NCBI GenBank assembly: GCA_003555465.1
Contig: PWIB01000024.1
Span: 1 to 34,261, forward strand
Length of the DNA stretch: 34,261 nt
From: Candidatus Aenigmatarchaeota archaeon
Lineage (GTDB): Archaea; Aenigmatarchaeota; Aenigmatarchaeia; PWEA01
Direction of reading: 5' to 3'
Part shown: positions 15,927 to 26,510 of the stretch, piece after piece
How the letters are laid out: each line of letters starts with the position of its first letter
How positions within the stretch are numbered: the first letter of the stretch is position 1
Notes under the pieces: generated by a model
Database searches by the model: none
What the model was told of the DNA's origin: nothing
The model's input: only the letters and a program-made list of their open reading frames with translations
Made by a program: the position numbers and the translations under genes

Positions 15927-15956
15927 AATCACGGCCGGCCCACTATTCCTTTGTCC
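15927..15956 (+). repeat. Displaced relic of the tRNA-Pro 3' end (diverged direct repeat of 15027-15056)
   Basis: AATCACGGCCGGCCCACTATTCCTTTGTCC vs AATCTCCTCCGGCCCACCAATCCTTTATCC, 24/30 identical. Confidence 0.85.
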
Positions 15957-16036
15957 GATAAACCTTTGACACGTACCGATTTATCTTCAAGCAAAACCTT
16001 TAAATAACCGGAAGTGTATTACCAACGCTGGTATCC

Positions 16037-18658
16037 ATGACCAAATATGTATACTCTTTCGACGAAGGCAGCGCGGACATGAAAAACCTCTTAGGTGGAA
16101 AAGGTTCTAATCTAGCTGAAATGACAACAATAGGTCTAAACGTACCTTCTGGCTATACCGTCACGACGGAGGCCTGTGTAGAGTACTTGGATGAGGGAGA
16201 GTTGACGCAGGAAATGGAAAAGCAGATGAAGAAGTATATGAAGAAACTGGAAAAGGAGATGGACCAGGAGTTCGGAGATCCGGAAGATCCTCTACTGGTT
16301 TCTGTACGCTCCGGCGCTGCTGTATCTATGCCTGGTATGATGGATACCATTCTCAACCTGGGACTAAACGATGAAACTGTCGAAGGACTAGTAGAGAAGA
16401 CGGACGAGAGGTTTGCCTACGACAGCTACAGACGTTTCATAAACATGTTTGGTGAGGTAGTGAGAGGAATACCTCACAGAAAGTTCGAGGAGAAGATGGA
16501 CGAAGTCAAGGACAAAAGAAATGCGGACAAGGACGTTGACCTCGGCGCAGAGGGAATGAAGAAAGTCGTTGAAAAGTACAAGGAACTTGTCGATGATATC
16601 CCCTCGGATCCATGGGAGCAGCTCCTCGAGGCCACAAAGGCTGTTTTCGAGTCCTGGGACAATGACAGAGCTATCAGATGGAGGAACATCCAGGGACTTC
16701 CACACGACATGGGAACAGCTGTAAACGTGCAGACCATGGTTTACGGAAATACAGGTAACAACTCCGGTAGTGGCGTCGCGTTCACGAGAAATCCTTCCAC
16801 AGGTGAGAACGAGGTCTATGGTGAATTCTTGAGGAACGCACAAGGAGAAGACGTTGTTGCAGGAATAAGGACGCCTCTTGATATTTCTGAGTTAAGGGAA
16901 ATATGGCCAGATATCTACGAAGAGCTCGAAGAGGTATGCAAGATTCTCGAGGACAAGTACAAGGACATGCAGGACCTCGAGTTTACAGTTGAAGACGGTG
17001 AACTTTACATCCTTCAGACGAGGACAGGCAAGAGAACGCCTAACGCCGCAGTGAAGATAGCACACGACATGTGTGAAGAAGGAATAATCAGCAAGGAAGT
17101 AGCTCTTCTGAGAGTTGAAGGTGAACAGATAGAAAAAATACTACATAAGAGAATAGATCCTGAAGCCGAGCTTGAAGAGATGACTCAGGGTATAAACGCT
17201 TCCCCTGGAGCAGCTTCAGGCAGTGTCGTCTTCGATACGGACGAGGCCGAAAGAAGAGGTGAAGACGGTGAAGATATAGTTCTCGTAAGACCGGAGACTA
17301 CGCCGGAGGACATCCACGGTTTAGCGGCTTCGGAGGGAGTTCTTACAAGCAGAGGAGGAATGACAAGCCATGCAGCCGTTGTCGCAAGAGGCATGGGAAA
17401 GCCCTGTGTCGCAGGAGCCGAGGAGATCGACATAAACCTTGAGGAGGAGTACTTCGAGGTCAACGGAAAAAGGATAGAAAAGGACGATGTAATCACAATA
17501 GACGGAACTACAGGTGACGTAATAGAAGGCGAAGCACCGTTGATAGAACCCGAGTTCACCGAAGAGTTCGAGAAGCTCCTTCAATGGGCCGACGATATAA
17601 GAAAGATGGGCGTCAGAGCTAATGCTGATACACCCGAAGATACAAAGCAAGCGATAGAGTTCGGTGCTGAAGGTATCGGTCTCTGCAGGACGGAACACAT
17701 GTTCTTCGAGCCTGAAAGACTCGAGGTCATGCAGGAGCTGATAATCTCCGAGGAGAAAGAAGAAAGACAAAGAGCTTTGGACAAGCTTATGCCTATGCAG
17801 AAGGAGGACTTCAAGGGACTGTTTGAAGCGATAGAAGGAAGACCTCTTATAATCAGACTTCTGGATCCACCTCTGCATGAGTTTGCTCCAACTGAGGAAG
17901 GAAGACAGAAAGAACTGGCGCAGAAGCTCGACATAACCAAGGAAGAGATAGAGGCGAAGGTCGAGAGGCTTGAAGAGGAGAATCCGATGCTTGGTCACAG
18001 AGGATGTCGTCTCGGAATAACCTTCCCTGAAATCTACAGGATGCAGGTCCGTGCTATCCTTGAAGCAGCTTCAGAGGTCAAGGAGGAAGGTCAGGAAGTG
18101 AAGCCTAAGATAATGGTTCCGCTTATAGGAAACGTAAAGGAGCTGGAGAACGTCAAGGAGCAAGTTGTAAAGGAAGTAGAAGAGGAAATCTTTGAAACCA
18201 AGGAAGGGGTGGACTACGAGGTCGGTACGATGATAGAGATTCCAAGGGCTGCTGTCACAGCAGACAAAATTGCAGAAGAAGCGGAGTTCTTTTCCTTCGG
18301 AACCAACGACCTGACTCAGATGGGCCTAGGATTCAGCAGAGACGACGCAGGAACCTTCATTCCGAACTACATAGATCAGGGAATATTCGAGGAGGATCCG
18401 TTCCAGGTGCTCGACCAGGACGGAATAGGTCAGTTTGTAGAAATGGCCACGGAAAGAGGAAGGAGTACGAAGGAAGATTTATCCGTAGGAATCTGTGGTG
18501 AACACGGCGGTGAGCCTTCCTCGGTCAAGTTCTGCTACAAAGCCGGCCTTGACTACGTCAGCTGCTCACCGTACAGAGTTCCAGTGGCACGTATAGCTGC
18601 AGCGCAGGTAGTCATTGAAGAAGAAATGGACGTGGACGAAGGAGTCGAGGGCTACTAA
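16037..18658 (+). CDS. ppdK: Pyruvate, phosphate dikinase
   Basis: LLGGKGSNL, LLVSVRSGA..SMPGMMDT, GGMTSHAAVVAR, IGLCRTEHMF, NPMLGHRGCR, GTNDLTQ, CGEHGG. Confidence 0.98.
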   Translation: MTKYVYSFDEGSADMKNLLGGKGSNLAEMTTIGLNVPSGYTVTTEACVEYLDEGELTQEMEKQMKKYMKKLEKEMDQEFGDPEDPLLVSVRSGAAVSMPGMMDTILNLGLNDETVEGLVEKTDERFAYDSYRRFINMFGEVVRGIPHRKFEEKMDEVKDKRNADKDVDLGAEGMKKVVEKYKELVDDIPSDPWEQLLEATKAVFESWDNDRAIRWRNIQGLPHDMGTAVNVQTMVYGNTGNNSGSGVAFTRNPSTGENEVYGEFLRNAQGEDVVAGIRTPLDISELREIWPDIYEELEEVCKILEDKYKDMQDLEFTVEDGELYILQTRTGKRTPNAAVKIAHDMCEEGIISKEVALLRVEGEQIEKILHKRIDPEAELEEMTQGINASPGAASGSVVFDTDEAERRGEDGEDIVLVRPETTPEDIHGLAASEGVLTSRGGMTSHAAVVARGMGKPCVAGAEEIDINLEEEYFEVNGKRIEKDDVITIDGTTGDVIEGEAPLIEPEFTEEFEKLLQWADDIRKMGVRANADTPEDTKQAIEFGAEGIGLCRTEHMFFEPERLEVMQELIISEEKEERQRALDKLMPMQKEDFKGLFEAIEGRPLIIRLLDPPLHEFAPTEEGRQKELAQKLDITKEEIEAKVERLEEENPMLGHRGCRLGITFPEIYRMQVRAILEAASEVKEEGQEVKPKIMVPLIGNVKELENVKEQVVKEVEEEIFETKEGVDYEVGTMIEIPRAAVTADKIAEEAEFFSFGTNDLTQMGLGFSRDDAGTFIPNYIDQGIFEEDPFQVLDQDGIGQFVEMATERGRSTKEDLSVGICGEHGGEPSSVKFCYKAGLDYVSCSPYRVPVARIAAAQVVIEEEMDVDEGVEGY

Positions 18659-18733
18659 CCCCACATCCTTTCTTTTATTATTTCTCAGTAGCTTCTTCAG
18701 TATTAAATATTTTGAAATAAAATCTTTCAAAGC

Positions 18734-21412
18734 ATGAAACTTAAGATTATAGCTCTGTTGGTTTTGGCACTCTTCTTCCTAGTTCCACAGGCAGCGGAGA
18801 TATGGGTAGACTACCTGTGGTTTGAGTCGCTTGGATACCTTTCCGTGTTTACAACGATAATATCGACAAGGATAGCACTGGCTGCAGGAAGCCTAATATT
18901 TACTTCTCTCTTTATATGGCTCAATCTCAGGGCTGCAGGCAAAAGCATAAACCTAGAAGAGCTAAGGTTGAAGGCAAGGGTAAAGGGCTTCGAAGTTTTC
19001 GGGGCTGCATCCATACTCGTAGGAGTTATAGCTGCCTTCGTCTGCTCGGCATTCTACATGACCGTACTCAAGTTCTTCAACTACACGTCCTTTGGCACAC
19101 AGGAAGCGGTTTTCGGTAACGACATCTCCTTTTACTTTTTCCGTCTCCCCTTCTGGAACCTGACGTTAGGTTACTTCTTGGCACTGGTTGGTGTGACTAT
19201 AGGAATCGTTGGTGCCTTCTACTACTTAGCTGTAATCAAGAAGAAAGAAGCCGAAGAGGAGTTTGGAGATATCTTAAAGGGTGCGAAGAAACACCTTTAT
19301 CCACTTGGAGGAACCTTCTTTATTCTTCTGGGTGCAAGAGTGTTCCTGGCCCGTTATTCAGTACTTTACTCGGACATGGGTGCGGTCTTCGGTGCTGGAT
19401 ACGTGGACGTCAATGTTCTGTTGCCCGTTATAACCATAGCTTCCGTTGTTTGTTTAGCCGTAGGTGGACTGTTCTTTGCTAACCTAAAACTCGACAACTT
19501 CAGATATCCTGCCTACGGCCTGGCAGCACTTCTCCTTCTACTGGTTTTGGGCGGAATTGGCTCCGCATTAGTCCAGTCCTACTACGTGGAGCCAAATGAG
19601 TTTAACCTAGAGGAGGAATATCTGGAGAGGAATATAGAACATACCAGGCAGGCATACGGTTTGGAAAACATGGAGGTGGTCGACTTTGAACCAACCTACG
19701 ATCTGACTGCAGAGGATCTCGAGGAGAAAAGCCAGACCATGGACAACATAAGGTTGTGGGACTACCGCGTTCTACAGGATACTTACTCAAGTACACAGGA
19801 ACTCAGAACTTATTACGAGTTCGAGGACGTAGACGTAGATCGGTACAGGTTTAACGACGACAAAAAGCAGGTGATGCTTTCTCTGAGGGAGATGGACGTC
19901 GACCGTTTACCACAGAGGGCGCAGTCCTGGGTCAACAGGCATCTGGTATATACTCATGGAACAGGAGCTGTGATGTCCCCTGTAAGGGAGGTCCAAAGAG
20001 GACAGCCTCAGTTCTGGCTAAAGGACATACCGACACGGGTCACAGAGGAAGTTCCAAATCCCGAACCCATAGAGGTGGAAAATCCTGATATCTATTTCGG
20101 CGAAGCCACGGACAACTTTGTGGTAGTTGATACAGAGATGGAGGAGTTTGATTACCCGGCCGGCGACGAAAACGTATACACTACATACGATGGAGATGCA
20201 GGAGTCGAACTGAGCTTTGTGGACAGGCTTGCCTTTGCAATAAGTCTCGGCGACTTCCGTCTTCTTGTCTCCGACGCTCTTAAACCGGAATCAAAGATAA
20301 TGATAAGGAGAAACATCCACGAAAGGGCCAGAGAGATAGCTCCGTTTCTCCAGTACGATCAGGATCCCTACCCTGTTGTCAACGACGGGAGGATATTCTG
20401 GATCTACGACTCGTACACAACCTCCGGTGCGTATCCCTACTCCGAAAGGCTCAACGGTATAAACTACATACGTAATTCCGTAAAGCTGACAGTAGACGCT
20501 TACAACGGAAACGTGGACTACCATATTGTAGAGGAGGACCCGCTTGTCGAGACCTATCAGAATATATTCCCCGACCTCTTCAGGGATCAGGAAGAGATGG
20601 ACGAAGGTCTACAGGAACATATAAGGTATCCTGAAGACTTGTTCAGCGTCCAGGCGGAGGTGTTGACCACTTACCATATGACGAACCCACGGGTCTTTTA
20701 CAACCGCGAGGACCAGTGGGAGATTCCAAGGGAAAGCTACAGAGGAAGGACACAAGAGATGGAGCCGTACTACGTGACCCTCGAACTTCCGGAGCAGGAC
20801 GAAACCCAGTTCACGCTTATGCTTCCATTCACGCCCGAGGACAGGCCAAACATGGTTGCGTGGCTAGGAGCAAAGAGCGACGAGCCAAGCTATGGAGAAA
20901 CGATACTTTACAGGTTTACGAAGGAGGAACTCATCTACGGGCCGAGCCAGATCGAAGCAAGGATAGATCAGGACGCCGAAATTTCCGAGCGTCTGACCTT
21001 ATGGGATCAGAGAGGAAGTGAAGTCATAAGAGGAAATTTACTTGTTATTCCCATCAAAAACTCCGTACTATACGTGGAGCCAGTCTTCCTCGAAGGTCAT
21101 GAGGAAGCGATACCTGAACTGAGGAGAGTAATAGTCGCCTACGAGGACGAGATAAGCATGCAGCCCACCCTTGAGCAGGCCCTTGTTGAAATATTCGGCG
21201 AGTACGAAGGTATAGAGGATGTCCCCGAGGTGCCTGTGGACCCGGAAGATCCGGACGAAGTGATTGAGGACCCGTTGGTGGACGCGGAGCTTCTGGAAAG
21301 GGCGAGGGAGCATTATGAGAAGGCACAGGAGTATCTCAGGCAAGGAGAACTAGGTAAGTATCAGGAGGAAGTGGAAAAGTTAGGTGAAGTACTGGAGGAT
21401 ATGGACCTGTAA
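18734..21412 (+). CDS. UPF0182 family membrane protein
   Basis: DYLWFESLGY, NIRLWD, YYEFEDVDVDRY, HLVYTHG, NYIRNSVK, GNLLVIP, LYVEP. Confidence 0.95.
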   Translation: MKLKIIALLVLALFFLVPQAAEIWVDYLWFESLGYLSVFTTIISTRIALAAGSLIFTSLFIWLNLRAAGKSINLEELRLKARVKGFEVFGAASILVGVIAAFVCSAFYMTVLKFFNYTSFGTQEAVFGNDISFYFFRLPFWNLTLGYFLALVGVTIGIVGAFYYLAVIKKKEAEEEFGDILKGAKKHLYPLGGTFFILLGARVFLARYSVLYSDMGAVFGAGYVDVNVLLPVITIASVVCLAVGGLFFANLKLDNFRYPAYGLAALLLLLVLGGIGSALVQSYYVEPNEFNLEEEYLERNIEHTRQAYGLENMEVVDFEPTYDLTAEDLEEKSQTMDNIRLWDYRVLQDTYSSTQELRTYYEFEDVDVDRYRFNDDKKQVMLSLREMDVDRLPQRAQSWVNRHLVYTHGTGAVMSPVREVQRGQPQFWLKDIPTRVTEEVPNPEPIEVENPDIYFGEATDNFVVVDTEMEEFDYPAGDENVYTTYDGDAGVELSFVDRLAFAISLGDFRLLVSDALKPESKIMIRRNIHERAREIAPFLQYDQDPYPVVNDGRIFWIYDSYTTSGAYPYSERLNGINYIRNSVKLTVDAYNGNVDYHIVEEDPLVETYQNIFPDLFRDQEEMDEGLQEHIRYPEDLFSVQAEVLTTYHMTNPRVFYNREDQWEIPRESYRGRTQEMEPYYVTLELPEQDETQFTLMLPFTPEDRPNMVAWLGAKSDEPSYGETILYRFTKEELIYGPSQIEARIDQDAEISERLTLWDQRGSEVIRGNLLVIPIKNSVLYVEPVFLEGHEEAIPELRRVIVAYEDEISMQPTLEQALVEIFGEYEGIEDVPEVPVDPEDPDEVIEDPLVDAELLERAREHYEKAQEYLRQGELGKYQEEVEKLGEVLEDMDL

Positions 21413-21543
21413 AAGATTTATAAATATTAGGAGAAAAGAATAGGTTCAGTGGTTGTTATGGTAGGTGGACACGTTCCACGTCTGTAAGACAAATCTTCTT
21501 TTAAATCCTTCCAGACAAAAAACTAACTTATTCACTGGTAATC

Positions 21544-22980
21544 ATGTCTGAAGAGCTTGGTATAACTACAAAGAAAGAAGAGGATATAGGCGAGTGGTAC
21601 AGAGAGGTCATAACGAAGTCAGGCATGGCGGACTACACCTCTGTCAGCGGCTGCATAGTCTTCAGACCACTTTCTTACAAAATATGGAATAAAGTCAAGG
21701 AAGAGGTTGACAGAAGATTCAAAGATATCGGCATAGAGAACGCTTATTTTCCCCTTTTTATCCCCGAGAAACTCTTGGAGAAGGAAGCGGAGCACTTTGA
21801 GGGTTTTAGTCCAGAGGTCGCATGGGTTACAAGAGCCGGAAGCTCAGAGCTGGACGAGAACCTGGCAGTAAGACCGACCTCAGAAGCGATAATGTACGAA
21901 TCCTACAAGGACTGGATAAGATCCTGGAGAGACCTTCCTCATAGGATGAACCAGTGGAACAACGTCGTGAGGTGGGAGTTCAAACACGCCACGCCCTTTC
22001 TGAGGACGCGCGAGTTCCTATGGAACGAAGGTCATAACGCCTATGCCTCAGAGGAGGCGGCATTAGAGGACAGGGACAAGGTTCTGGACGCCTACCAGGA
22101 AGTATGTGAAGACTACATGGCTATACCCTGTGTACGCGGAAGAAAGACAGAGAGGGAGAAGTTTGCAGGTGCTGTAGATACATATTCCTTGGAGCACCTG
22201 CTTCCCGATGGGCAGGCTATACAGGGACCTGACTACCATTACGACGGGATCAACTTCGCAGAAGCCTTTGATATAAAATATACGGACGAGGACGGCGAAG
22301 AAAAGTACGTTCATCAGTCTACCTACGCTATAACCACGAGAGAACTGGGTGTAATGGTTCTCATGCACTCAGACGATAAAGGCCTTGTACTACCTCCCAA
22401 GTTGGCGCCTACAAAGACAGTGATAGTACCTATTTACCACGAGGAGGAGGAGAAGAAGGAAGTTTTAGGCATGGTTGAAGAGCTGGAAGGTAAGCTGGAG
22501 AAATGTAAAGTGGATGACAGAGACCACAAAACGCCTGGCTGGAAGTTCAACGAATGGGAGGTCAAAGGAGTACCACTTAGGATAGAGATAGGAAGCAACG
22601 AAGTTGAAGAAGAGGAGGTCACGATAGTGAGACGTGATACAGGCGAAAGAACCAATGCAGACGTTGGAAATATAGACGAGGTAGTTGCAGAAGAGCTCGA
22701 AGAGATGCAGAAGAGGCTTTACAAAAAAGCTAAGGATTACATGGAGGAAAACATACGCGAAACTGAGGACTACGACGAGCTTAAGGAAATAATAGAGGAA
22801 AAAGGCGGCTTTGTGAAGGCTCCGTGGTGCGGTAAGGATCTATGCGAGGAGATCGTAAAGGACGAAACCACAGCGAAGATAACCAATATACCGTTCCGGT
22901 ACGAAAAGCCCGAAGGAAGGAAGTGTGTCAGATGCGGCGAAGAAGCGGAGCACTGGGTGCATTTTGCAAAATCAAGGTGA
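21544..22980 (+). CDS. proS: Prolyl-tRNA synthetase (archaeal/eukaryotic type)
   Basis: LAVRPTSE, NVVRWE, PFLRTREF, TPGWKFNEWEVKGVPLRIEIG, C-terminal zinc domain. Confidence 0.97.
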   Translation: MSEELGITTKKEEDIGEWYREVITKSGMADYTSVSGCIVFRPLSYKIWNKVKEEVDRRFKDIGIENAYFPLFIPEKLLEKEAEHFEGFSPEVAWVTRAGSSELDENLAVRPTSEAIMYESYKDWIRSWRDLPHRMNQWNNVVRWEFKHATPFLRTREFLWNEGHNAYASEEAALEDRDKVLDAYQEVCEDYMAIPCVRGRKTEREKFAGAVDTYSLEHLLPDGQAIQGPDYHYDGINFAEAFDIKYTDEDGEEKYVHQSTYAITTRELGVMVLMHSDDKGLVLPPKLAPTKTVIVPIYHEEEEKKEVLGMVEELEGKLEKCKVDDRDHKTPGWKFNEWEVKGVPLRIEIGSNEVEEEEVTIVRRDTGERTNADVGNIDEVVAEELEEMQKRLYKKAKDYMEENIRETEDYDELKEIIEEKGGFVKAPWCGKDLCEEIVKDETTAKITNIPFRYEKPEGRKCVRCGEEAEHWVHFAKSR

Positions 22981-23052
22981 AGGATAAACTTTAAATACTT
23001 TTATTATAAAAGGAAATATGATTCTTCTGAGTTATCTCAGGGGGTTTCTAAT

Positions 23053-23703
23053 ATGCAAGGAATGAAACAAAAAGGTGAAGAGGAAGTTAAGACGGGTACA
23101 ACAACAGTTGGCGTTAAATACAACGAAGGCCTAGTCCTAGCTACTGAGAAAAGAGCTTCTATGGGTTATCAGGTTTCGAGTAAAAACGCCAAGAAAGTAT
23201 ACGAAGTCGACGAAGGCATAGGAATAACTACAGCCGGTTCTGTTGGTGACATACAGACCGTTGTACGCTACATGAAGGCTGAAACCAACCTGTTCAAGTA
23301 CCGCAAGGATAGGAAGATGTCCCCGAGATCGGTAGCAAGCCTCATGGCAAACATACTACAAGGGTCGAAGATGGTTCCTTACATGGGTTTATTCATACTA
23401 GGCGGCTACAACCACGAGGAAGATCAGCCAGAAGTCTACCAGCTTGATCCTGCCGGTGGAGTTTTAGGTGGCGATCCCTACTATGCGACAGGTTCCGGAT
23501 CACAGGTCGCCTACGGACTTCTCGAGGACCTTTACGAGGAAGGTATGGACAAAGACACAGCCGTTAGCATTTCACTGAGATCGATAAAGAGCGCTTCGAA
23601 CAGAGACATAGCCTCAGGAAACGGATTTTCAGTCATGGTGATAGACGCGGAAGGTTGTGAGGTTTTAGGAGACGAAGAAGTTGACAACTACCTAGAAGAG
23701 TGA
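23053..23703 (+). CDS. psmB: Proteasome beta subunit
   Basis: Propeptide then KTG/TTTVG, AGSVGD, ATGSGS, RD.ASG. Confidence 0.96.
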   Translation: MQGMKQKGEEEVKTGTTTVGVKYNEGLVLATEKRASMGYQVSSKNAKKVYEVDEGIGITTAGSVGDIQTVVRYMKAETNLFKYRKDRKMSPRSVASLMANILQGSKMVPYMGLFILGGYNHEEDQPEVYQLDPAGGVLGGDPYYATGSGSQVAYGLLEDLYEEGMDKDTAVSISLRSIKSASNRDIASGNGFSVMVIDAEGCEVLGDEEVDNYLEE

Positions 23704-23745
23704 TTTCATTTTGTTTGCCTTTTGGAATTTCTGTAGGTGTTTTAT

Positions 23746-25626
23746 GTGGAAATTATAGACAAAGTAAAGGACGGGCTTCCAAGCGATGCGATGATCTCGG
23801 AAGTCTGTTTCGAAGGGAGTGACATAGTCCTCTATACGAAGAACAAGAAGATGTTCAAGAGTAATGGGGATTTCATAAAGAAGCTCGTCAAAAAGCTGAA
23901 GAAGAGGATAGAGCTTAGACCCGACGCTTCTATAAGAAAGGACATAGAAAACGCAAAGGAAATAATTGAAGAGAAGGTTCCCGAGGAAGCTGGAATAGAG
24001 GAGATAACCTTCCAGCCTGGCTTCGGAAAGGTAATAATAGAGGCACATAAGCCAGGTCTTGTGATAGGTAAAGGTGGAAGTACCTTAGAAGAACTGAAGA
24101 AGGAGACTGTCTGGAAGCCCCAGGTCAAGATCGCCCCGGCGATATCTTCCGACGTCGTAGATACCGTGAGAAAGGTTCTTTATCAGGAGTCTGAGTGGAG
24201 AAAGGACTTTCTGAACGATATAGGTGAAAGGATACACTCGAAAGAAGTTGAGGAGGTGGACTGGGCGAGGATAACAGGTCTAGGTGGTTGCAGGGAGGTG
24301 GGAAGAAGTTCCTTCGTACTTCAAACCCCTGATTCACGTATAATGATAGACTGTGGTATAAAACCCGGCAACAAACACGAGTATCCGTACCTTCAGGTAC
24401 CTGAAGGTGATATAAGTTCTCTGGATGCAGTAGTCGTTTCACATCCACACCTCGATCACATAGGTTTCGTCCCATACCTATACGAGTACGGCTACGAAGG
24501 ACCGCTTTACCTGACAGCTGCCACCAGAGACCTTATGGTCCTTTTATGTTTGGATTACTTGGATGTCGCAAAGAGAGAGGGTAACGAAGTTCCGTACTCA
24601 TCGAAGTCCGTGGAAAAGGCTGTAAAACACTCAATAGCTCTTGACTACGGACAGGTCAGTGATATAACTCCTGATGTTGGACTGACCCTACAGAACGCCG
24701 GGCATATCTTAGGGTCTGCCCTGGCACACTTCCACATAGGAGAAGGTGACCACAACCTCGTTTACAGTGGTGATCTGAACTTCGGCGAGTCAAAGCTCTT
24801 CGACAAAGCTTCGACCGACTTCCAGAGGGTAGAAACCCTTATAACGGAGTCCACATACGGTGAAAACGACGCTATACAACCATCCAGAGATGATGCCGAG
24901 AAACATCTTCTAGAATACGTGAATAAAACTATAGACCGTGGTGGAAAGGTAATAATACCTTCCTTTGCAGTCGGTAGAGCCCAGGAAATAATGTGTATAC
25001 TCGACGAAGAGGCAAGAAACAACGGCCTTGATGCACCGGTTTATCTGGAGGGTATGATGTGGGACGCTACAGCCATACATACAACCTATCCTGAAGACTT
25101 GAATGATAAGATTCAGCATCAGATATTCCACAAGGACCACAACCCACTTACCTCTGATATATTCCACAGGGTTGCTTCCAACGAGGAAAGGGAAGAGGTC
25201 ATAAACTCTCCTGATCCTGCAATAGTTCTGTCCACGTCAGGAATGCTTACAGGAGGACCGGTAATGGAATATCTTAAGGAGTTTGCTCCTGATGAGAACA
25301 ACATGCTAATTTTTGTAGGTTACCAGGCCGAAGGAACTATGGGAAGAAGGATACAGAAGGGCTGGGATGAGATACCTGTTCAAAGAGAAGGTAAAAGGAA
25401 AGTAGTGGAGTTGAACTTAGAAGTAGGAACCGTAGACGGCCTTTCCGGACATTCCGACAGGAATCAGATTATAAACTTCATAAACGCATTGGACAGCAAG
25501 CCCAACAAGATACTTACAGTTCATGGTGACGAGAACAGCTGTATCCAGATGGCCAGAACTCTGCATAATATATTCAACAGGGAAACTATACCACCGAAGA
25601 ATCTTGAGACGATAAGGCTGAAGTAG
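23746..25626 (+). CDS. fttA: aCPSF1/FttA KH-domain beta-CASP ribonuclease (transcription termination factor)
   Basis: KH KPGLVIGKGG, LGGCREVGRS, SHPHLDH, AGHILGS, ESTYG, SGHSD, VHG; conserved position after psmB; GTG start chosen from SD spacing. Confidence 0.95.
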   Translation: MEIIDKVKDGLPSDAMISEVCFEGSDIVLYTKNKKMFKSNGDFIKKLVKKLKKRIELRPDASIRKDIENAKEIIEEKVPEEAGIEEITFQPGFGKVIIEAHKPGLVIGKGGSTLEELKKETVWKPQVKIAPAISSDVVDTVRKVLYQESEWRKDFLNDIGERIHSKEVEEVDWARITGLGGCREVGRSSFVLQTPDSRIMIDCGIKPGNKHEYPYLQVPEGDISSLDAVVVSHPHLDHIGFVPYLYEYGYEGPLYLTAATRDLMVLLCLDYLDVAKREGNEVPYSSKSVEKAVKHSIALDYGQVSDITPDVGLTLQNAGHILGSALAHFHIGEGDHNLVYSGDLNFGESKLFDKASTDFQRVETLITESTYGENDAIQPSRDDAEKHLLEYVNKTIDRGGKVIIPSFAVGRAQEIMCILDEEARNNGLDAPVYLEGMMWDATAIHTTYPEDLNDKIQHQIFHKDHNPLTSDIFHRVASNEEREEVINSPDPAIVLSTSGMLTGGPVMEYLKEFAPDENNMLIFVGYQAEGTMGRRIQKGWDEIPVQREGKRKVVELNLEVGTVDGLSGHSDRNQIINFINALDSKPNKILTVHGDENSCIQMARTLHNIFNRETIPPKNLETIRLK

Positions 25627-25673
25627 AAGAAATCTCCTCCTATTTTTTAATCTCAAGAAACAATATAATTCTT

Positions 25674-26456
25674 ATGGTTGTCTGCAGCTACTGTGATGAT
25701 GAAGTAGACGTACCGTTCAAATGCAAGTTTTGTAGCGACACTTTCTGTTCAGAGCACAGACTGCCTGAAAACCATGAATGTGTTGGTCTAGATAAATATA
25801 AAGAAGAGGCTCAAGCAGATAATAAAGTGGTTTACGAACCTTTCCAGGCATCAAATAAAAAAGAATCATCGGATCTTTTGTCCGGATTCCTTCAAGCAGT
25901 TACAAAGAGCTATTCGCTCTTGATAATATTCATATGCTTTGTAGTTTTCTTACTCCAGGCTACGATACCAGGCTTCACCGAGTACCTCTGGCTTTCTCCA
26001 GAGTTAGGGGAAATACTCAGCAGGCCTTGGACCTTCATAACCTCTATATTTCTCCACGGAAACGGTTGGCACCTCTTTGTAAATATGCTTGTGTTGTTTT
26101 TCTTCGGAGGAGAACTTGAAAGAAGGATAGGAAGTAAGAAATTCCTTGAGATATTCCTTGTGACAGGAATCGCAGGAAATATAGGCTTCACACTGTTTTC
26201 CTACGTCACCGCAGACTTCATCCCTGCTGTAGGTGCATCAGGAGCGATATTCGGTGTCTTCGCGACCCTTGCTATTATAGCACCAGAGATAAGAGTACTG
26301 ATATGGTTCGTCTTTCCTTTAAAGATAAGACAAGCGCTTGTAATATTCGGACTCTGGGATCTTTTCCTTCTTCCGAGGGGCGGACCGGTAGCAAATTCAG
26401 CACATCTAGCAGGACTGGCTATAGGACTGGTCTACGGCTACAGATTAAAAAAATAA
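25674..26456 (+). CDS. Rhomboid protease with N-terminal AN1 zinc finger
   Basis: CSYC..CKFC..FCSEHRLPENHEC; HLFVNM, GASG catalytic Ser, AHLAG catalytic His. Confidence 0.93.
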   Translation: MVVCSYCDDEVDVPFKCKFCSDTFCSEHRLPENHECVGLDKYKEEAQADNKVVYEPFQASNKKESSDLLSGFLQAVTKSYSLLIIFICFVVFLLQATIPGFTEYLWLSPELGEILSRPWTFITSIFLHGNGWHLFVNMLVLFFFGGELERRIGSKKFLEIFLVTGIAGNIGFTLFSYVTADFIPAVGASGAIFGVFATLAIIAPEIRVLIWFVFPLKIRQALVIFGLWDLFLLPRGGPVANSAHLAGLAIGLVYGYRLKK

Positions 26457-26510
26457 AGGAACCAGTGCAGCATCTAAGAAAATAACAAGGAAGTTGTGAA
26501 AGGGTTTTTT

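Larger units (their letters stand above)
14995..15956. mobile_element. Putative tRNA-targeting homing-endonuclease element (~0.9 kb, RHH plus LAGLIDADG, no integrase)
   Basis: AT-rich cassette between two diverged copies of the tRNA-Pro 3' end, 900 bp apart; the left boundary is approximate. Confidence 0.7.
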
